A stretch of DNA of 64,000 bases, from positions 2,016,001 to 2,080,000 of the forward strand of contig OZ241329.1 of the NCBI GenBank assembly GCA_965199825.1, written 5' to 3'. Below the pieces are notes generated by a model. The model worked only from the letters and a program-made list of their open reading frames with translations, was not told where the DNA came from and did no database searches. Both the position numbers and the translations under genes were made by a program. Of the stretch, positions 1 through 10,244 are shown piece by piece; position 1 is the first letter of the stretch; each line of letters starts with the position of its first letter. Source of the stretch: Bdellovibrionales bacterium. GTDB lineage: Bacteria > Bdellovibrionota > Bdellovibrionia > Bdellovibrionales > UBA1609.

Positions 1-1433
1 ATAGCTACGTTTAAAAATCGAATTTGTGTTGCAACGCCCATAGGAGCTGAAATCTGAGGGATGGTGCTCAATGTTTGTTTGGTCGGCTCAGGTGTGAGTA
101 AAAAATCCCAGCGAGGACCTTTTGAATTTTCAAAGATCGAAGCAAAAAGGATTTTTTTATCGGCTTCCGCTTGGGACCGACTTCGGTTGGGCAATTTCAT
201 ATTGAGAGATAAGCCTTTAATATCTTCGCTCGTTGCTTCGTATCTCGCATGGGATTTATTTTGGGGTGAACTGCGAAAATATTCGAGAGCATCTTTTTGA
301 AACGGAATGCTCCAATCGGTGGCTCGCCTATTTTTAGAAGAGTCATGATTCAAAAGATGGAGTTCATGTCCTTCGGTAGAATCCAAAATATCTTGGACCA
401 CAGACTGGGCAAGGGTTGTTGCAAATTGCGATTTGGAAAATTGAGATTTGTTTAATGTGGCGGATTTAAGATGAAGTAACAAAACCTCAAAATGACTCAA
501 AATAAAAATGGGTGAGTACAATTGGCTAATATCAAATCCATCAAATTCAATTTTATTTGGGTTTTTAATTGTTTCGCTTAAGGCTCTCAGGTCATTTTCG
601 TTCAAGATTTTAGAGTTGAGTTTGATCACATATTGACGATTGAAATTTTGGAGAATGAGGGGTGAGGCACTCCCTTGAATCTCTTGGCGATGCTCAAAGG
701 GTAAAAGTGTAAAACGCTTGAGCTCATTCAGATTAAAATCGAGAAGATTGCCCGATGTTGCATCGACCAATTCGATTTGATTGTGGGAAAGTTTTAAAAT
801 TTCCTTTAAGTACAGTCTCCTTACATTTTGGAGAACCTGATCGACGCTGAGGGGCTGATCAATTTTTTGTTTGGTGATCGAAAATGCGAGGGCTGCAAAA
901 AGCTTTCTTTTGAACAAGCTCTCGTAAGATCGAAAATTGGTATCAAAATCGCGATAGGTTTTTGAAAACTCAGCCCGCAATTCATTTTCAATTTGAATGT
1001 TAGGCTTATGAACATCTTTTGATAAATTCATTTGAGCCAAAGCCTCAATCTGAAGTCGGACTTCGCCCAAAGGAGGCTGATCTAAAATTTCTTGATACAG
1101 TTTGGCCGCAATCACACTTTCAAAATTTTTAAGCTTGGCCTCAAATTCGGGTTGTGATGCTGCCCATTGTTTTATCGATTCATGAAGTCCACGAGTAAAC
1201 CTAAAAAACTGATCGTGAGTTAAACCGGGCAAAAGGTTTTGATGATCTTTTTTCCACAACCAATATTTTTCGAGAAATTGGGATTGGTAAGCCTGATCGA
1301 GCCCCGAATAGCCGACACCATGAGGGGTAAATACCTCACGAATGGTTTGCTCTTTGATTTGAATTTCCCCAAATGAAAAAGTCGAAAATAAAATCAAAAA
1401 GATTAAAATTGGCAGAAATTCCCTCTGTGTCAA
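1..1433 (-). CDS. Hypothetical exported protein, partial (runs off window start)
   Basis: Not in the ORF track. My reading of the minus frame is open from about 1433 (TTG, start uncertain) to base 3: LTQREFLPILIFLILFSTFSFG-EIQIKEQ...QIRFLNVA, with a signal-peptide-like N-terminus. Confidence 0.7.
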   Translation of the reverse strand, partial: MTQREFLPILIFLILFSTFSFGEIQIKEQTIREVFTPHGVGYSGLDQAYQSQFLEKYWLWKKDHQNLLPGLTHDQFFRFTRGLHESIKQWAASQPEFEAKLKNFESVIAAKLYQEILDQPPLGEVRLQIEALAQMNLSKDVHKPNIQIENELRAEFSKTYRDFDTNFRSYESLFKRKLFAALAFSITKQKIDQPLSVDQVLQNVRRLYLKEILKLSHNQIELVDATSGNLLDFNLNELKRFTLLPFEHRQEIQGSASPLILQNFNRQYVIKLNSKILNENDLRALSETIKNPNKIEFDGFDISQLYSPIFILSHFEVLLLHLKSATLNKSQFSKSQFATTLAQSVVQDILDSTEGHELHLLNHDSSKNRRATDWSIPFQKDALEYFRSSPQNKSHARYEATSEDIKGLSLNMKLPNRSRSQAEADKKILFASIFENSKGPRWDFLLTPEPTKQTLSTIPQISAPMGVATQIRFLNVA

Positions 1434-1513
1434 ATTGAGCGACAGCCCAAATCGCCAATAGGAGAAATGAACTTCAATCTATAAGGGATAAATCAATTTG
1501 TGCGCCAGTGGAT

Positions 1514-2419
1514 TTAAGTGGTGCGCTCTTCGATCACCACATGGTGAAGCTTAAAGTTTTTTAGCAAAAGATTTTTGTAAAACTGCAAACCTTTGGGGCT
1601 TGATGCGAGAACGACCAATTCGCAGGCAAGAGCGGAAGGCGCAATCTTCCAAATATGAAGATCAAGGACTTGAACACCTGTTTGCTCGATTTGGGTTTTG
1701 ACACGGTCATAGTCAATACCGCGAGCATGCCCATCGAGAAGTTCCCAGCCTGTAGACTTGATCAGACGGATTCCCCAAATAAAAATAATGATGGAGCCCA
1801 CAAGTCCCATCAGCGGATCAAACCAAGTGATGCCGGTGTAGTAGGTCAGTGTTAGAGCCAAAAGAGCAAACAACGATGTCACAATATCACTGATGATATG
1901 CAGATAGGCGCCGCGCAGATTCCAATCGGTGTGCACATGGTGATGATGGTCATGGTCGCCGTGATGATGGTGGTGATGACCTTCGCGCAATATAAAAGCG
2001 CTAAAAATATTTACGATTAAGCCCACTGCGGTCACAACAATCGCAGGCACCACATCGATCAGGTGGGGCGTAAACAATCTAACACCTGATTCATAGCCAA
2101 GTGTGCTCACAACTCCGATCAGTAACAAGGCACTTGTGTAGCCTCCGAGTGGGATGATTTTTCCGCCGCCGAAATTAAATCGTTTGCACCACTCAGGAGT
2201 ATCGGCCAAACGGTAGGCCAAAACGGTGATCATCAATGCCACCGTGTCGGCTGCCAGATGCCAGCCGTCAGATAAAAGCGCCATCGACTGTGTTTTAAAT
2301 CCATAAAAAACTTCGACCAGCATCATCAAAAGAGAAAGCAGCAAAACAATTTTTGTTTTTTGACTATTTTTTTGGAGTTGTGGATTTTCTTTTAAAAAGT
2401 TGTGTTCGATCGCGCTCAT
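1514..2419 (-). CDS. Cation diffusion facilitator (CDF) transporter, DmeF-like
   Basis: SMALLSDGWH and NLRGAYLHIISD CDF motifs, six TM helices, His-rich loop HHHHHHGDHDHHHHVH. Confidence 0.9.
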   Translation of the reverse strand: MSAIEHNFLKENPQLQKNSQKTKIVLLLSLLMMLVEVFYGFKTQSMALLSDGWHLAADTVALMITVLAYRLADTPEWCKRFNFGGGKIIPLGGYTSALLLIGVVSTLGYESGVRLFTPHLIDVVPAIVVTAVGLIVNIFSAFILREGHHHHHHGDHDHHHHVHTDWNLRGAYLHIISDIVTSLFALLALTLTYYTGITWFDPLMGLVGSIIIFIWGIRLIKSTGWELLDGHARGIDYDRVKTQIEQTGVQVLDLHIWKIAPSALACELVVLASSPKGLQFYKNLLLKNFKLHHVVIEERTT

Positions 2420-3357
2420 AATGTTTTAAAACGCTCGGTGATTTCTATAAGTTTAAGAACGGTTTCGTTTTCAAATGCCGAGTGTCCAGCTGTGGGCATC
2501 ACATGCAGCTTGGCGTGCGGCATTGCGCGTTGAAGATCAAAAGCATTTTTGAGTGGGCAGACCACATCGTAGCGACCGTGAACAATTTCGGTCGGAATAT
2601 TTTTGAGGCGGTCTGCATGTTTTAAAAGCTGATCGTCGCTTTTGAAAAATGCGCCATTGGTAAAATAATGCGATTCAATGCGAGCAAAGGCCCAAGCAAA
2701 ATCGGGATCCTCATAACGACTTAAAAAATCGGTGTCTTTTTTTAGTTTCGAAGTTGAGGCTTCCCACAATGTCCAAGCCATTGCTGCTTTTCGGCGTTTT
2801 TTAATATCAGAGCCTTCAAGCAATTGGGCATAGGCGCTCACCAAATCGCTTCTGTCTTTTTGGTCGATCACATCGACATATTTTTGCCACTCATCGGGAA
2901 AAATAAACGAAGCCCCTTCCTGGTAAAACCAATCAATCTCTTCTTTGCGACATAAAAATATACCGCGCAAAATCAGTCCGGCCACTTTTTCAGGATGAGT
3001 CTCGCTGTAAGCAAGCCCAAGTGTAGAGCCCCAACTGCCACCAAACACAATCCATTTATCAATTTTTAAATGTGTCCGTAAGGCTTCCATGTCTGAAACC
3101 AAATCCCATGTGGTATTTTCTTTGATTTCGGCATGAGGGGTACTGAGTCCAGCACCCCGTTGATCAAACAGAATCACACGATAAAACTTGGGATCAAAAA
3201 ATTTTCTACAATCTGGCGAAATCCCACCACCGGGTCCACCGTGAACAAATAAAATCGGTTTACCTTTAGGGTTCCCTACCTCTTCGTAGTACATGTTATG
3301 AAGAGGCGATACTTTGAGATGACCCTTATTGTAGGGCTCGGTCATCGGATAAATCAA
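2416..3357 (-). CDS. pip: Proline iminopeptidase
   Basis: HGGPGGG, FDQRG, GGSWG nucleophile motif, GRYD, AGHS. Confidence 0.95.
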   Translation of the reverse strand: MIYPMTEPYNKGHLKVSPLHNMYYEEVGNPKGKPILFVHGGPGGGISPDCRKFFDPKFYRVILFDQRGAGLSTPHAEIKENTTWDLVSDMEALRTHLKIDKWIVFGGSWGSTLGLAYSETHPEKVAGLILRGIFLCRKEEIDWFYQEGASFIFPDEWQKYVDVIDQKDRSDLVSAYAQLLEGSDIKKRRKAAMAWTLWEASTSKLKKDTDFLSRYEDPDFAWAFARIESHYFTNGAFFKSDDQLLKHADRLKNIPTEIVHGRYDVVCPLKNAFDLQRAMPHAKLHVMPTAGHSAFENETVLKLIEITERFKTL

Positions 3358-4628
3358 TCGCGCTCCAGGATTGCGGTCACGCCCATTCCTCCAGCAGTAC
3401 AGATGCTGATAAGGCCGCGACCTTTTCCTTTTTGCTCAAGCATTTTTGCAAGAGATGCGACAATGCGGGTGCCGGTAGCGGCAAAGGGATGTCCCAGTGC
3501 AACGCTTCCCCCTTTGACATTCATTTTGCTGCGATCAATTTTGCCCAATGGTTTATCGAGTCCTAATTTGTTTTTACAAAATTCGGCCGACTCCCAAGCT
3601 TTAAGAGTGCACAGCACTTGGCCCGCAAAGGCTTCGTGAATTTCATAAAAATCAAAATCTTGCAGAGTTAACCCCGCGCGCTTCAGCATCTTAGGCACCG
3701 CATATGCGGGCGCCATCAAAAGTCCCTCGTCTTCAACAAAATCCACCGCAGCGGTTTGCCCGTAAGTGATGTAGCAAAGAACGGGGAGGTTGTGTTTTTT
3801 GGCCCATGATTCTGAACTCATGAGCACAGCTGAAGCCCCGTCAGTAAGAGGCGAACTATTGCCCGCGGTTAAAGTGCCTTGAGCTGAAGTATCAAAGACG
3901 GGTTTAAGTTTTTGCAATTTTTCAAACGAAGTGTCAGCGCGAGGCCCCGTGTCGGCCTTTAGATTTTGAAATGGAACAACCAGATCATTATAAAAACCTT
4001 CGGCATAAGCCTTGACCGCGTTTTGGTGAGAAACAAGTGTGAGGCGATCTTGCTCTTCTCGAGAAATTTGCCAAGTTTTAACCATCTTCTCGCAGCTTTG
4101 ACCCATGCTTAAGCCGGTGCGCGGTTCAAAAACCGCAGGAGTTACCGGCTTTAAACTACTTGGTGGAAGAGTTAAAAATAGTTTTAATTTTTCAAACACC
4201 GATTTTGCTTTTGTACTTTTCAAAAGTCGCATTGCAAAGTCTTTGCTAAAAGCAATTGGCAAATCACTATTGGTGTCAACACCGCCTGCGATTCCGACTT
4301 CAATTTGACCTAAACTAATTTTATTTCCTACCAAAATTGTGGTTTCGAGACTTGTGCCGCAGGCCTGTTGCACATCATAGGCAGGGGTGCGCGCGCTCAA
4401 ACCCGAAGATAAAACACACTCGCGCGCCAAATTATAATCAGCAGTGTGTTTGATCACAGCACCTAGAGCGACTTCGCCCAATTCTTCATTTGTGAGTTTA
4501 TATTTAGTGACGATCTCTTTAAGGACAAAAGTCATAAGATCTTGATCCGAGATGCCCATATAAACACCGAGTGACCGAGTAAAGGGAATTCGTAATCCAC
4601 CGAGAATTGCAACGCGTTCGACAGCCAT
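3354..4628 (-). CDS. Acetyl-CoA C-acyltransferase (thiolase)
   Basis: QACGTS, HEAFA, GHPFAATG, CTAGG; start placed at ATG 4628 after GGAGG. Confidence 0.92.
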   Translation of the reverse strand: MAVERVAILGGLRIPFTRSLGVYMGISDQDLMTFVLKEIVTKYKLTNEELGEVALGAVIKHTADYNLARECVLSSGLSARTPAYDVQQACGTSLETTILVGNKISLGQIEVGIAGGVDTNSDLPIAFSKDFAMRLLKSTKAKSVFEKLKLFLTLPPSSLKPVTPAVFEPRTGLSMGQSCEKMVKTWQISREEQDRLTLVSHQNAVKAYAEGFYNDLVVPFQNLKADTGPRADTSFEKLQKLKPVFDTSAQGTLTAGNSSPLTDGASAVLMSSESWAKKHNLPVLCYITYGQTAAVDFVEDEGLLMAPAYAVPKMLKRAGLTLQDFDFYEIHEAFAGQVLCTLKAWESAEFCKNKLGLDKPLGKIDRSKMNVKGGSVALGHPFAATGTRIVASLAKMLEQKGKGRGLISICTAGGMGVTAILERD

Positions 4629-4699
4629 AAAACCTCCAGATCCATGAGTGTGAAACATCTTTTGCATGGGCGCAAGTTGTCCTTTAGGCTTTATATGAG

Positions 4700-6178
4700 A
4701 TGAATAATGAAGCCGAGGAATTTTTAAAAACAGGCCAAAAATATCAACTTGGTTTTTTGCCTACCGAGCAGTCGCATGACCTCACAAAAAATTTGAGCGA
4801 GCTTGCAAATCATAATTTAAAAGAGGCTTTTCGAGTTTTAAAACAGGTTGATTTAAAAGCCCTCGACACTCTCTGCCAGATTCCAATAGAGCCCTTAGAC
4901 CAACTTCAAAAAGATATTCAAAGGACGCTTACAAGCGGCGGCAGAATTTTTTTATGCGGCTGCGGTGCAACTGGACGTTTGAGCCTTTCGCTTGAGGTTT
5001 TGTGGCGAACTTTATTTCCACAAAAATCAGAGCAGGTCATCGGATTTATGGCGGGTGGCGATGTGGCCTTGGTCCATGCGCTCGAAGGATTTGAGGATTT
5101 TCCAGAGTATGGGGCTCGTCATCTTAACGACTTAAATTTTAATAAAAACGATCTGCTCATTGCAAGCTCCGAGGGTGGTGAAACACCTTATGTTTTGGGT
5201 GCGGTAAAAAAAGCGAGCGAGATCTCGGATCATCCTAACTATTTCATTTTTTGTAATCCCAAAAAGCTTCTCTTGGGGATTGATCGCTCGCGCGAAGTTT
5301 TAGAAAATCCAAATGTGATCACGATTGATTTAGCCGTAGGTCCAATGGCGCTTTCGGGGAGCACACGTCTTCAAGCTTCAACCATTTTGATGCTCGCAAT
5401 TGGATGCTGTCTACTTAAAGACAGTCATATTCAATCCGAGTTTGAACGATTTCGAAATCTTGTGGATCAAACTCATTTTGATTTTTTGATTCCATTTACC
5501 ACTCGGGAGTCCGAACTTTATAAACAAGGTGAAAATCTTCTTTACGAAGTGGATGATCTTGGTATTACGGTTTTTACCGATACCACCGAGCGTGCCCCCA
5601 CATTCAATTTGCCAGCCTTTGATAATTCTCTTTATCCCAAACAAAACCATTCGCTCTGCTACGTCAGCATTCCAAACGGCTGGAAGAATTTATTAAAGCG
5701 AGATCCACATTGTTTGGAGTGGACAGAGATCAATGTTAAAACGACATTTGATTACATCAAAGGTTTTGATTTTGGCTCGTCGGCTTTTGAGTTTCGCAAA
5801 AAATTAACCGGCAAAGATCCAATTATTTTTAAAATTCAAAATGGGGTGTTTGAGCTGCAAGAATTAACTGCAAGGCTCACTAGCACTAAAGATCTTTTGT
5901 TTGATCAACTTCTATTAAAAATTGGGCTCAATCAGCATTCCACCTTGGTGATGGGACGACTCGATCGGTTTGAAAATAACTTTATGACTTGGGTCAATCC
6001 GACGAATGGCAAACTGATCGACCGCGCCGCCCGTTATGTTTTGATGCTTCTCGAAAATAAGGGAATAAACAAAATCAGTTATAACCAGGTGATTCGCGAA
6101 CTCTTTGAACAGATTAAAACAATCACTCCTAAAGAGTCGATCGTTAAAAAAACGGCTGAGCAATTTTATTTGGCGTAA
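4700..6178 (+). CDS. SIS-domain MurQ/GCKR-like protein (long form)
   Basis: TEQ, GCGATGRL, MAGGDxAL, EGFED, GPMALSGSTRLQA, STLVMGRL and NxKLIDRA resemble MurNAc-6-P etherase motifs. Confidence 0.75.
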   Translation: MNNEAEEFLKTGQKYQLGFLPTEQSHDLTKNLSELANHNLKEAFRVLKQVDLKALDTLCQIPIEPLDQLQKDIQRTLTSGGRIFLCGCGATGRLSLSLEVLWRTLFPQKSEQVIGFMAGGDVALVHALEGFEDFPEYGARHLNDLNFNKNDLLIASSEGGETPYVLGAVKKASEISDHPNYFIFCNPKKLLLGIDRSREVLENPNVITIDLAVGPMALSGSTRLQASTILMLAIGCCLLKDSHIQSEFERFRNLVDQTHFDFLIPFTTRESELYKQGENLLYEVDDLGITVFTDTTERAPTFNLPAFDNSLYPKQNHSLCYVSIPNGWKNLLKRDPHCLEWTEINVKTTFDYIKGFDFGSSAFEFRKKLTGKDPIIFKIQNGVFELQELTARLTSTKDLLFDQLLLKIGLNQHSTLVMGRLDRFENNFMTWVNPTNGKLIDRAARYVLMLLENKGINKISYNQVIRELFEQIKTITPKESIVKKTAEQFYLA

Positions 6179-7728
6179 TCGATCGCCTGGATTTCTCGCA
6201 CGACCGTGACCTTGATAAGGCCAGGGTAGGAGCACTCCTCTTCAATACGTTTGGCAATACTCTGACTTAAAGTTAGGGCGTGATGATCATCCACCTTGTG
6301 GCTATCGACGATCACTCGCACCTCACGCCCCGCACTCATAATATAAACATTAGTTACCCCATCAAAACTTGACCCGATGTTTTCAAGATCAGCCATTTTT
6401 TGTGAGTAGGAATCAATCGTTGACCGGCGAGCTCCCGGACGTGCACCCGAAATCGCATCTGAAGCAATCACCAAAAAAGCCAAATCTGTGCTTGGAGGTT
6501 CATCATGATGATGGGCTCTCACAGCATGAACCACTGGGGGCTTTTCACCATTTTTTGAAATAAAATCGGCACCAATCACCGCATGTCCACCATCGATACT
6601 GTGATCCATGGCTTTACCGATATCGTGAAGCATACCGGCTCTACGTCCTTCGGGAAGCGAGAGTTTTAGTTCTGCACTCAATAGCCCGCAGAGAAAACCA
6701 ACCTCGCAGCAATGAAAGTATTGGTTTTGTGCAAACGAGTAGCGGTAGCGAAGGGCTCCCATCATATTGCGAATCTCGTCGCTGAGGTGAGTGAGCTTTA
6801 ATTCTTGAGCAATTTTATTGCCATCATTACGGATGCGACGAAACAAATCTCGTTTACAATTGGCCACAACCTCGATTATTTTTTGCTCGTTGATCACACG
6901 CTCTTGGGTCAGGCGTTGAAGGCTTGATCGACCCAGTTCGCGCCGAACCGGATCAAATCCCAATACCGAAGCCGAAAGATATTGCTCGTTAATCGCAATG
7001 TCGATTCCACATTCGCGCTCGACGATCTTAAGAAGAGATTTATTTTCGCCAATTGTTTTTTTAAGTATATCGAGAGTTTTAAAATCCACATTGCCAATCC
7101 CGCGCTCAGGACAGTAGGCGCGCTGAAAGCGGTGGATCACGGTTTCGATAGTGCGCTTTGCAATCTTTTCGACCTCTTGCTCAAATTCTTCTTCCAAAAC
7201 CTGATTCTCGCGATTGAGCTTCAAGGTGTAATCGGCTTCGATATGATGTTTTAAAAGATTCTCAAGATCTAAGCGCTCGGCACCTGAATGTTCCAAAAGA
7301 GATTGAGTGTATTTTTGCTCAATATTTTTAAGCTCAGCTTGATGATTTCTAAACCTCTGTTCGACTTGTTTAAAACGATTTTCAAAAGATTTTTGACGAT
7401 CACTTTGTGAGCGCAATTCTTTTTCGCGTTTTTCAAAGGAAGCTTTAAGATCATGTTCTTTTTCGACCAAATGCTCTTCGAGAATTGTAATTCGTTGCTG
7501 AACAGGAGCCGATGTTTTTTCGAGCTCTTCACGCAGTTCTTCTTCGAAATCGGCAACCTGGAGTTTGATGTCGGCAAAGATCGCATCGCCATCTTCTTTG
7601 GCCTCTTGCAAAAGCTCTAAAGCCTCTTTATTTGCGGTTGCGGTTAAGCTTTTGGCATAGAGGCGCGCGGCAATAAAAAATGAAAATGTCCCAAGGGCTA
7701 ATCCAAAAATAAAGAAAACAATCAGCAT
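6166..7728 (-). CDS. rny: Ribonuclease Y
   Basis: N-terminal TM helix, coiled coil, KH-like region, LHDIGKA HD domain, DAISGARPGARR, AGREVRV. Confidence 0.93.
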   Translation of the reverse strand: MLIVFFIFGLALGTFSFFIAARLYAKSLTATANKEALELLQEAKEDGDAIFADIKLQVADFEEELREELEKTSAPVQQRITILEEHLVEKEHDLKASFEKREKELRSQSDRQKSFENRFKQVEQRFRNHQAELKNIEQKYTQSLLEHSGAERLDLENLLKHHIEADYTLKLNRENQVLEEEFEQEVEKIAKRTIETVIHRFQRAYCPERGIGNVDFKTLDILKKTIGENKSLLKIVERECGIDIAINEQYLSASVLGFDPVRRELGRSSLQRLTQERVINEQKIIEVVANCKRDLFRRIRNDGNKIAQELKLTHLSDEIRNMMGALRYRYSFAQNQYFHCCEVGFLCGLLSAELKLSLPEGRRAGMLHDIGKAMDHSIDGGHAVIGADFISKNGEKPPVVHAVRAHHHDEPPSTDLAFLVIASDAISGARPGARRSTIDSYSQKMADLENIGSSFDGVTNVYIMSAGREVRVIVDSHKVDDHHALTLSQSIAKRIEEECSYPGLIKVTVVREIQAIDYAK

Positions 7729-7770
7729 GGGCCAAAAACTAGCACAGGCGGGGTCAAAAGAGAAAGGGCG

Positions 7771-10188
7771 TTAGGCCTCCTTGGCCTTTTGTAACGCGTA
7801 GTTTTCCCTAAAATAAGCGCGGGCAAATTTAGTAAAGTGATCACTAATGCCAAAATACATCACCGAGCAAAGGAAGAACCCTTTTTTGTTTGGATGGTCC
7901 TCGCAACGATAAAATCTGGCAGCAAGCATTCCACCTGGGGCATTATCAAAAATCGATTTATGGAGAAATAAAACCACTCCAGGAGTGATTGGCCGTTTAT
8001 GGCAAAGGGTCGCTCCAAATTCCGAAATTTCCTCGAGCAAAATATCTGCAGCCATGTGAATAGGGAGCTGCACCGGGAACCATTCGATATTTTCAAAGCA
8101 GTAAAGAGTGTGTTCGCTCTTTGTCCAAAATGAGATCGAAAACAGCAAGGTTTTTGTATCGATCGGTCGAGTCACAACCGATCGGATGGAGGGATGCTCG
8201 AATTGGCGCATGTCGGTCATTCTGGCTTCATCGGTTAAGATGATCACGTTGAGCTGAGAATTTTCGGGTAGTAAATTTTTTTCGCGAGCGGTTGTTTCAA
8301 AACCAGTGATAAAGCTGTGTGAGTCTTCGGGCAAAAAAGCGGCATCCAAAATAAGCGCATCAATGCGGTCAAGTTTCTGCTCGGCTTTTCTCCTTTTTTG
8401 TAACAGCTCATGAGGTGGAATTTCAAAAGTCAGCTCCACATGATCGGGACTTTTAATTTCTATTTTAAGATAAACTGAGCAGGTGGTGGAGTAAGCTGTT
8501 TTTACGGTCAGCAGTCGAAACAGCGGGTTTTGAATTTCGCTTAAAGATAAAGACTCTCTAAAAATTTGCTCGAGATCTTCGTCACCAAAAAGTAAAGAAA
8601 TAAAATTGTCTTTGCCGATAAACTCTTTTGCCTTAAAGCCAAAAAAAGTGGTGTCTTCTTGTAGTGGGACCGAAAAGTTTTCGACTGTGAGTTTCGCCCG
8701 CTTTAAGACCAAACAAACTCGATCAATAATCAGATCGTCGATGGTGCAAGGCTCTGCAATTCTCTGATTTTTTTTTGCGTTCTGGCCAAAGTAGTTTTCT
8801 AAAAGTCGCATGTACGAAGATTCTCGAATCACTTTAACTTGTTCTAAATCTTTTTGAATTGTTTCGGCCGTGTGATCGAGTCGCTCTTCGACCGAATCGA
8901 CAATCAAAATTTGGCGGGGCCTGCGGGCTTCGACTTCGGCAAAAAGATCATAAGGGTTAAATGCGAATTCCTTAGGGTCGGTTTTGGTAAGAGCTTTATA
9001 TTCGGCAAAGCTCATCAAAAATTTACGAATGGCTTTGATCTGTTTTGTGGTCAAGCCAATATAGGCAATGTACGTCTCATAAGTTTGATCCTCGCTTTTT
9101 TCATTTTTTAAAACTTTGCCATGAAGATGAATCGGCTCGGACTCTTTTGGGAATTTTAAATAAAACGAAGTGAGGATGCCTTCGGTCAAGGGCACCCGGT
9201 TATTGAGCACAACTCCCACTTCAGACATCTTTGTGATCACCGCCCGCTTTGAAATTTCGATCGGGATTTTTGCAGGCTGCTGAAATAAAAATCGGGGCGA
9301 TGTGCGTTTTGGCAAATTTAAAAGAATATCGATTTTTTGTAAGAACAATGGGCGATCAATGGGCAAATGGATCACATCATCGATGCGTGGAAATATAAAA
9401 TCTGTGGCCTGTTTGCCGTCATCTTCGTACTTCATTGCCACAAAATGGGTGACTGTATCGGGAGGATAGTAATTCATGGTCTTACAAGTGCGAAACACCG
9501 ACTCCACCCACTGTAGAGTTTTTGGAGGCACACAGCTTGTTCGAAATAAAATCAAGTGAATGGTGGAGAAGGCTTTTTTATCTTTGTCGTTCGAGCGAAT
9601 TTCGAGCTGACGTTTGCGTTCAATCTCGAGACTTGAAGCCACCTTTGCATTTTGGTTCGTAACCGTACAAAGGATGCGCTCATTGGGTTGCAAAGTCATA
9701 TTGACCTGCACAAAGTTAAATACTTTTTGTTGTGCTAGCGGAATATAGATTGTGCTTAACTGATTTTGTTTCAAATTCTGTAAGACATTTTCAAACCGTT
9801 TACGAAAAAACATCGGAATTAAGGCATTAAACGCCAGACGCTGACCAATCAGCTGCGATCTTTCAACGCCCAAAATTTTGCCATCAATTGGTTTTTCGAT
9901 GCTCTCGATAACGTCGCCACCTTTTTGAAAGGTGAGTTGAATTTCATAAAAGGGTTCGGAATTGAGGTCGGTCTCTACCAAATATTTTTGCTCATCCTCA
10001 TCAAAGGGTTTGAGCAAAGGGTCGGCTTCAAATGGCTTTATATTTACTGTGGTAGTGCAAAAGGCTTGGTTAAATTCTTCGGCTGAGTCAAAGACCGCAA
10101 ATTGCACATCATCTGCAATTTCTTTGAGGAGTTGTTGAACCTGTTGTCGGATTCGTTTGTCATTTTCTATGAGAATAATACCAGCCAT
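7771..10188 (-). CDS. Signalling protein with duplicated degenerate receiver/PAS-like/PilZ-like modules
   Basis: Receiver-like ILIEND..., LIVDS..., DDVIHLPID and SVVTRPID; PilZ-like RTSPR...KMSEVG and EISEFG. Confidence 0.55.
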   Translation of the reverse strand: MAGIILIENDKRIRQQVQQLLKEIADDVQFAVFDSAEEFNQAFCTTTVNIKPFEADPLLKPFDEDEQKYLVETDLNSEPFYEIQLTFQKGGDVIESIEKPIDGKILGVERSQLIGQRLAFNALIPMFFRKRFENVLQNLKQNQLSTIYIPLAQQKVFNFVQVNMTLQPNERILCTVTNQNAKVASSLEIERKRQLEIRSNDKDKKAFSTIHLILFRTSCVPPKTLQWVESVFRTCKTMNYYPPDTVTHFVAMKYEDDGKQATDFIFPRIDDVIHLPIDRPLFLQKIDILLNLPKRTSPRFLFQQPAKIPIEISKRAVITKMSEVGVVLNNRVPLTEGILTSFYLKFPKESEPIHLHGKVLKNEKSEDQTYETYIAYIGLTTKQIKAIRKFLMSFAEYKALTKTDPKEFAFNPYDLFAEVEARRPRQILIVDSVEERLDHTAETIQKDLEQVKVIRESSYMRLLENYFGQNAKKNQRIAEPCTIDDLIIDRVCLVLKRAKLTVENFSVPLQEDTTFFGFKAKEFIGKDNFISLLFGDEDLEQIFRESLSLSEIQNPLFRLLTVKTAYSTTCSVYLKIEIKSPDHVELTFEIPPHELLQKRRKAEQKLDRIDALILDAAFLPEDSHSFITGFETTAREKNLLPENSQLNVIILTDEARMTDMRQFEHPSIRSVVTRPIDTKTLLFSISFWTKSEHTLYCFENIEWFPVQLPIHMAADILLEEISEFGATLCHKRPITPGVVLFLHKSIFDNAPGGMLAARFYRCEDHPNKKGFFLCSVMYFGISDHFTKFARAYFRENYALQKAKEA

Positions 10189-10244
10189 GATCTTTATTAG
10201 ATCTTATGCTTCAGGCGAGAACAAGAGCCGTCTTCGACTTAAGT

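Noticed and set aside
1930..1980. (GAT/GGT)n microsatellite-like tract
   Set aside because: Encodes the ordinary His-rich loop of the CDF transporter
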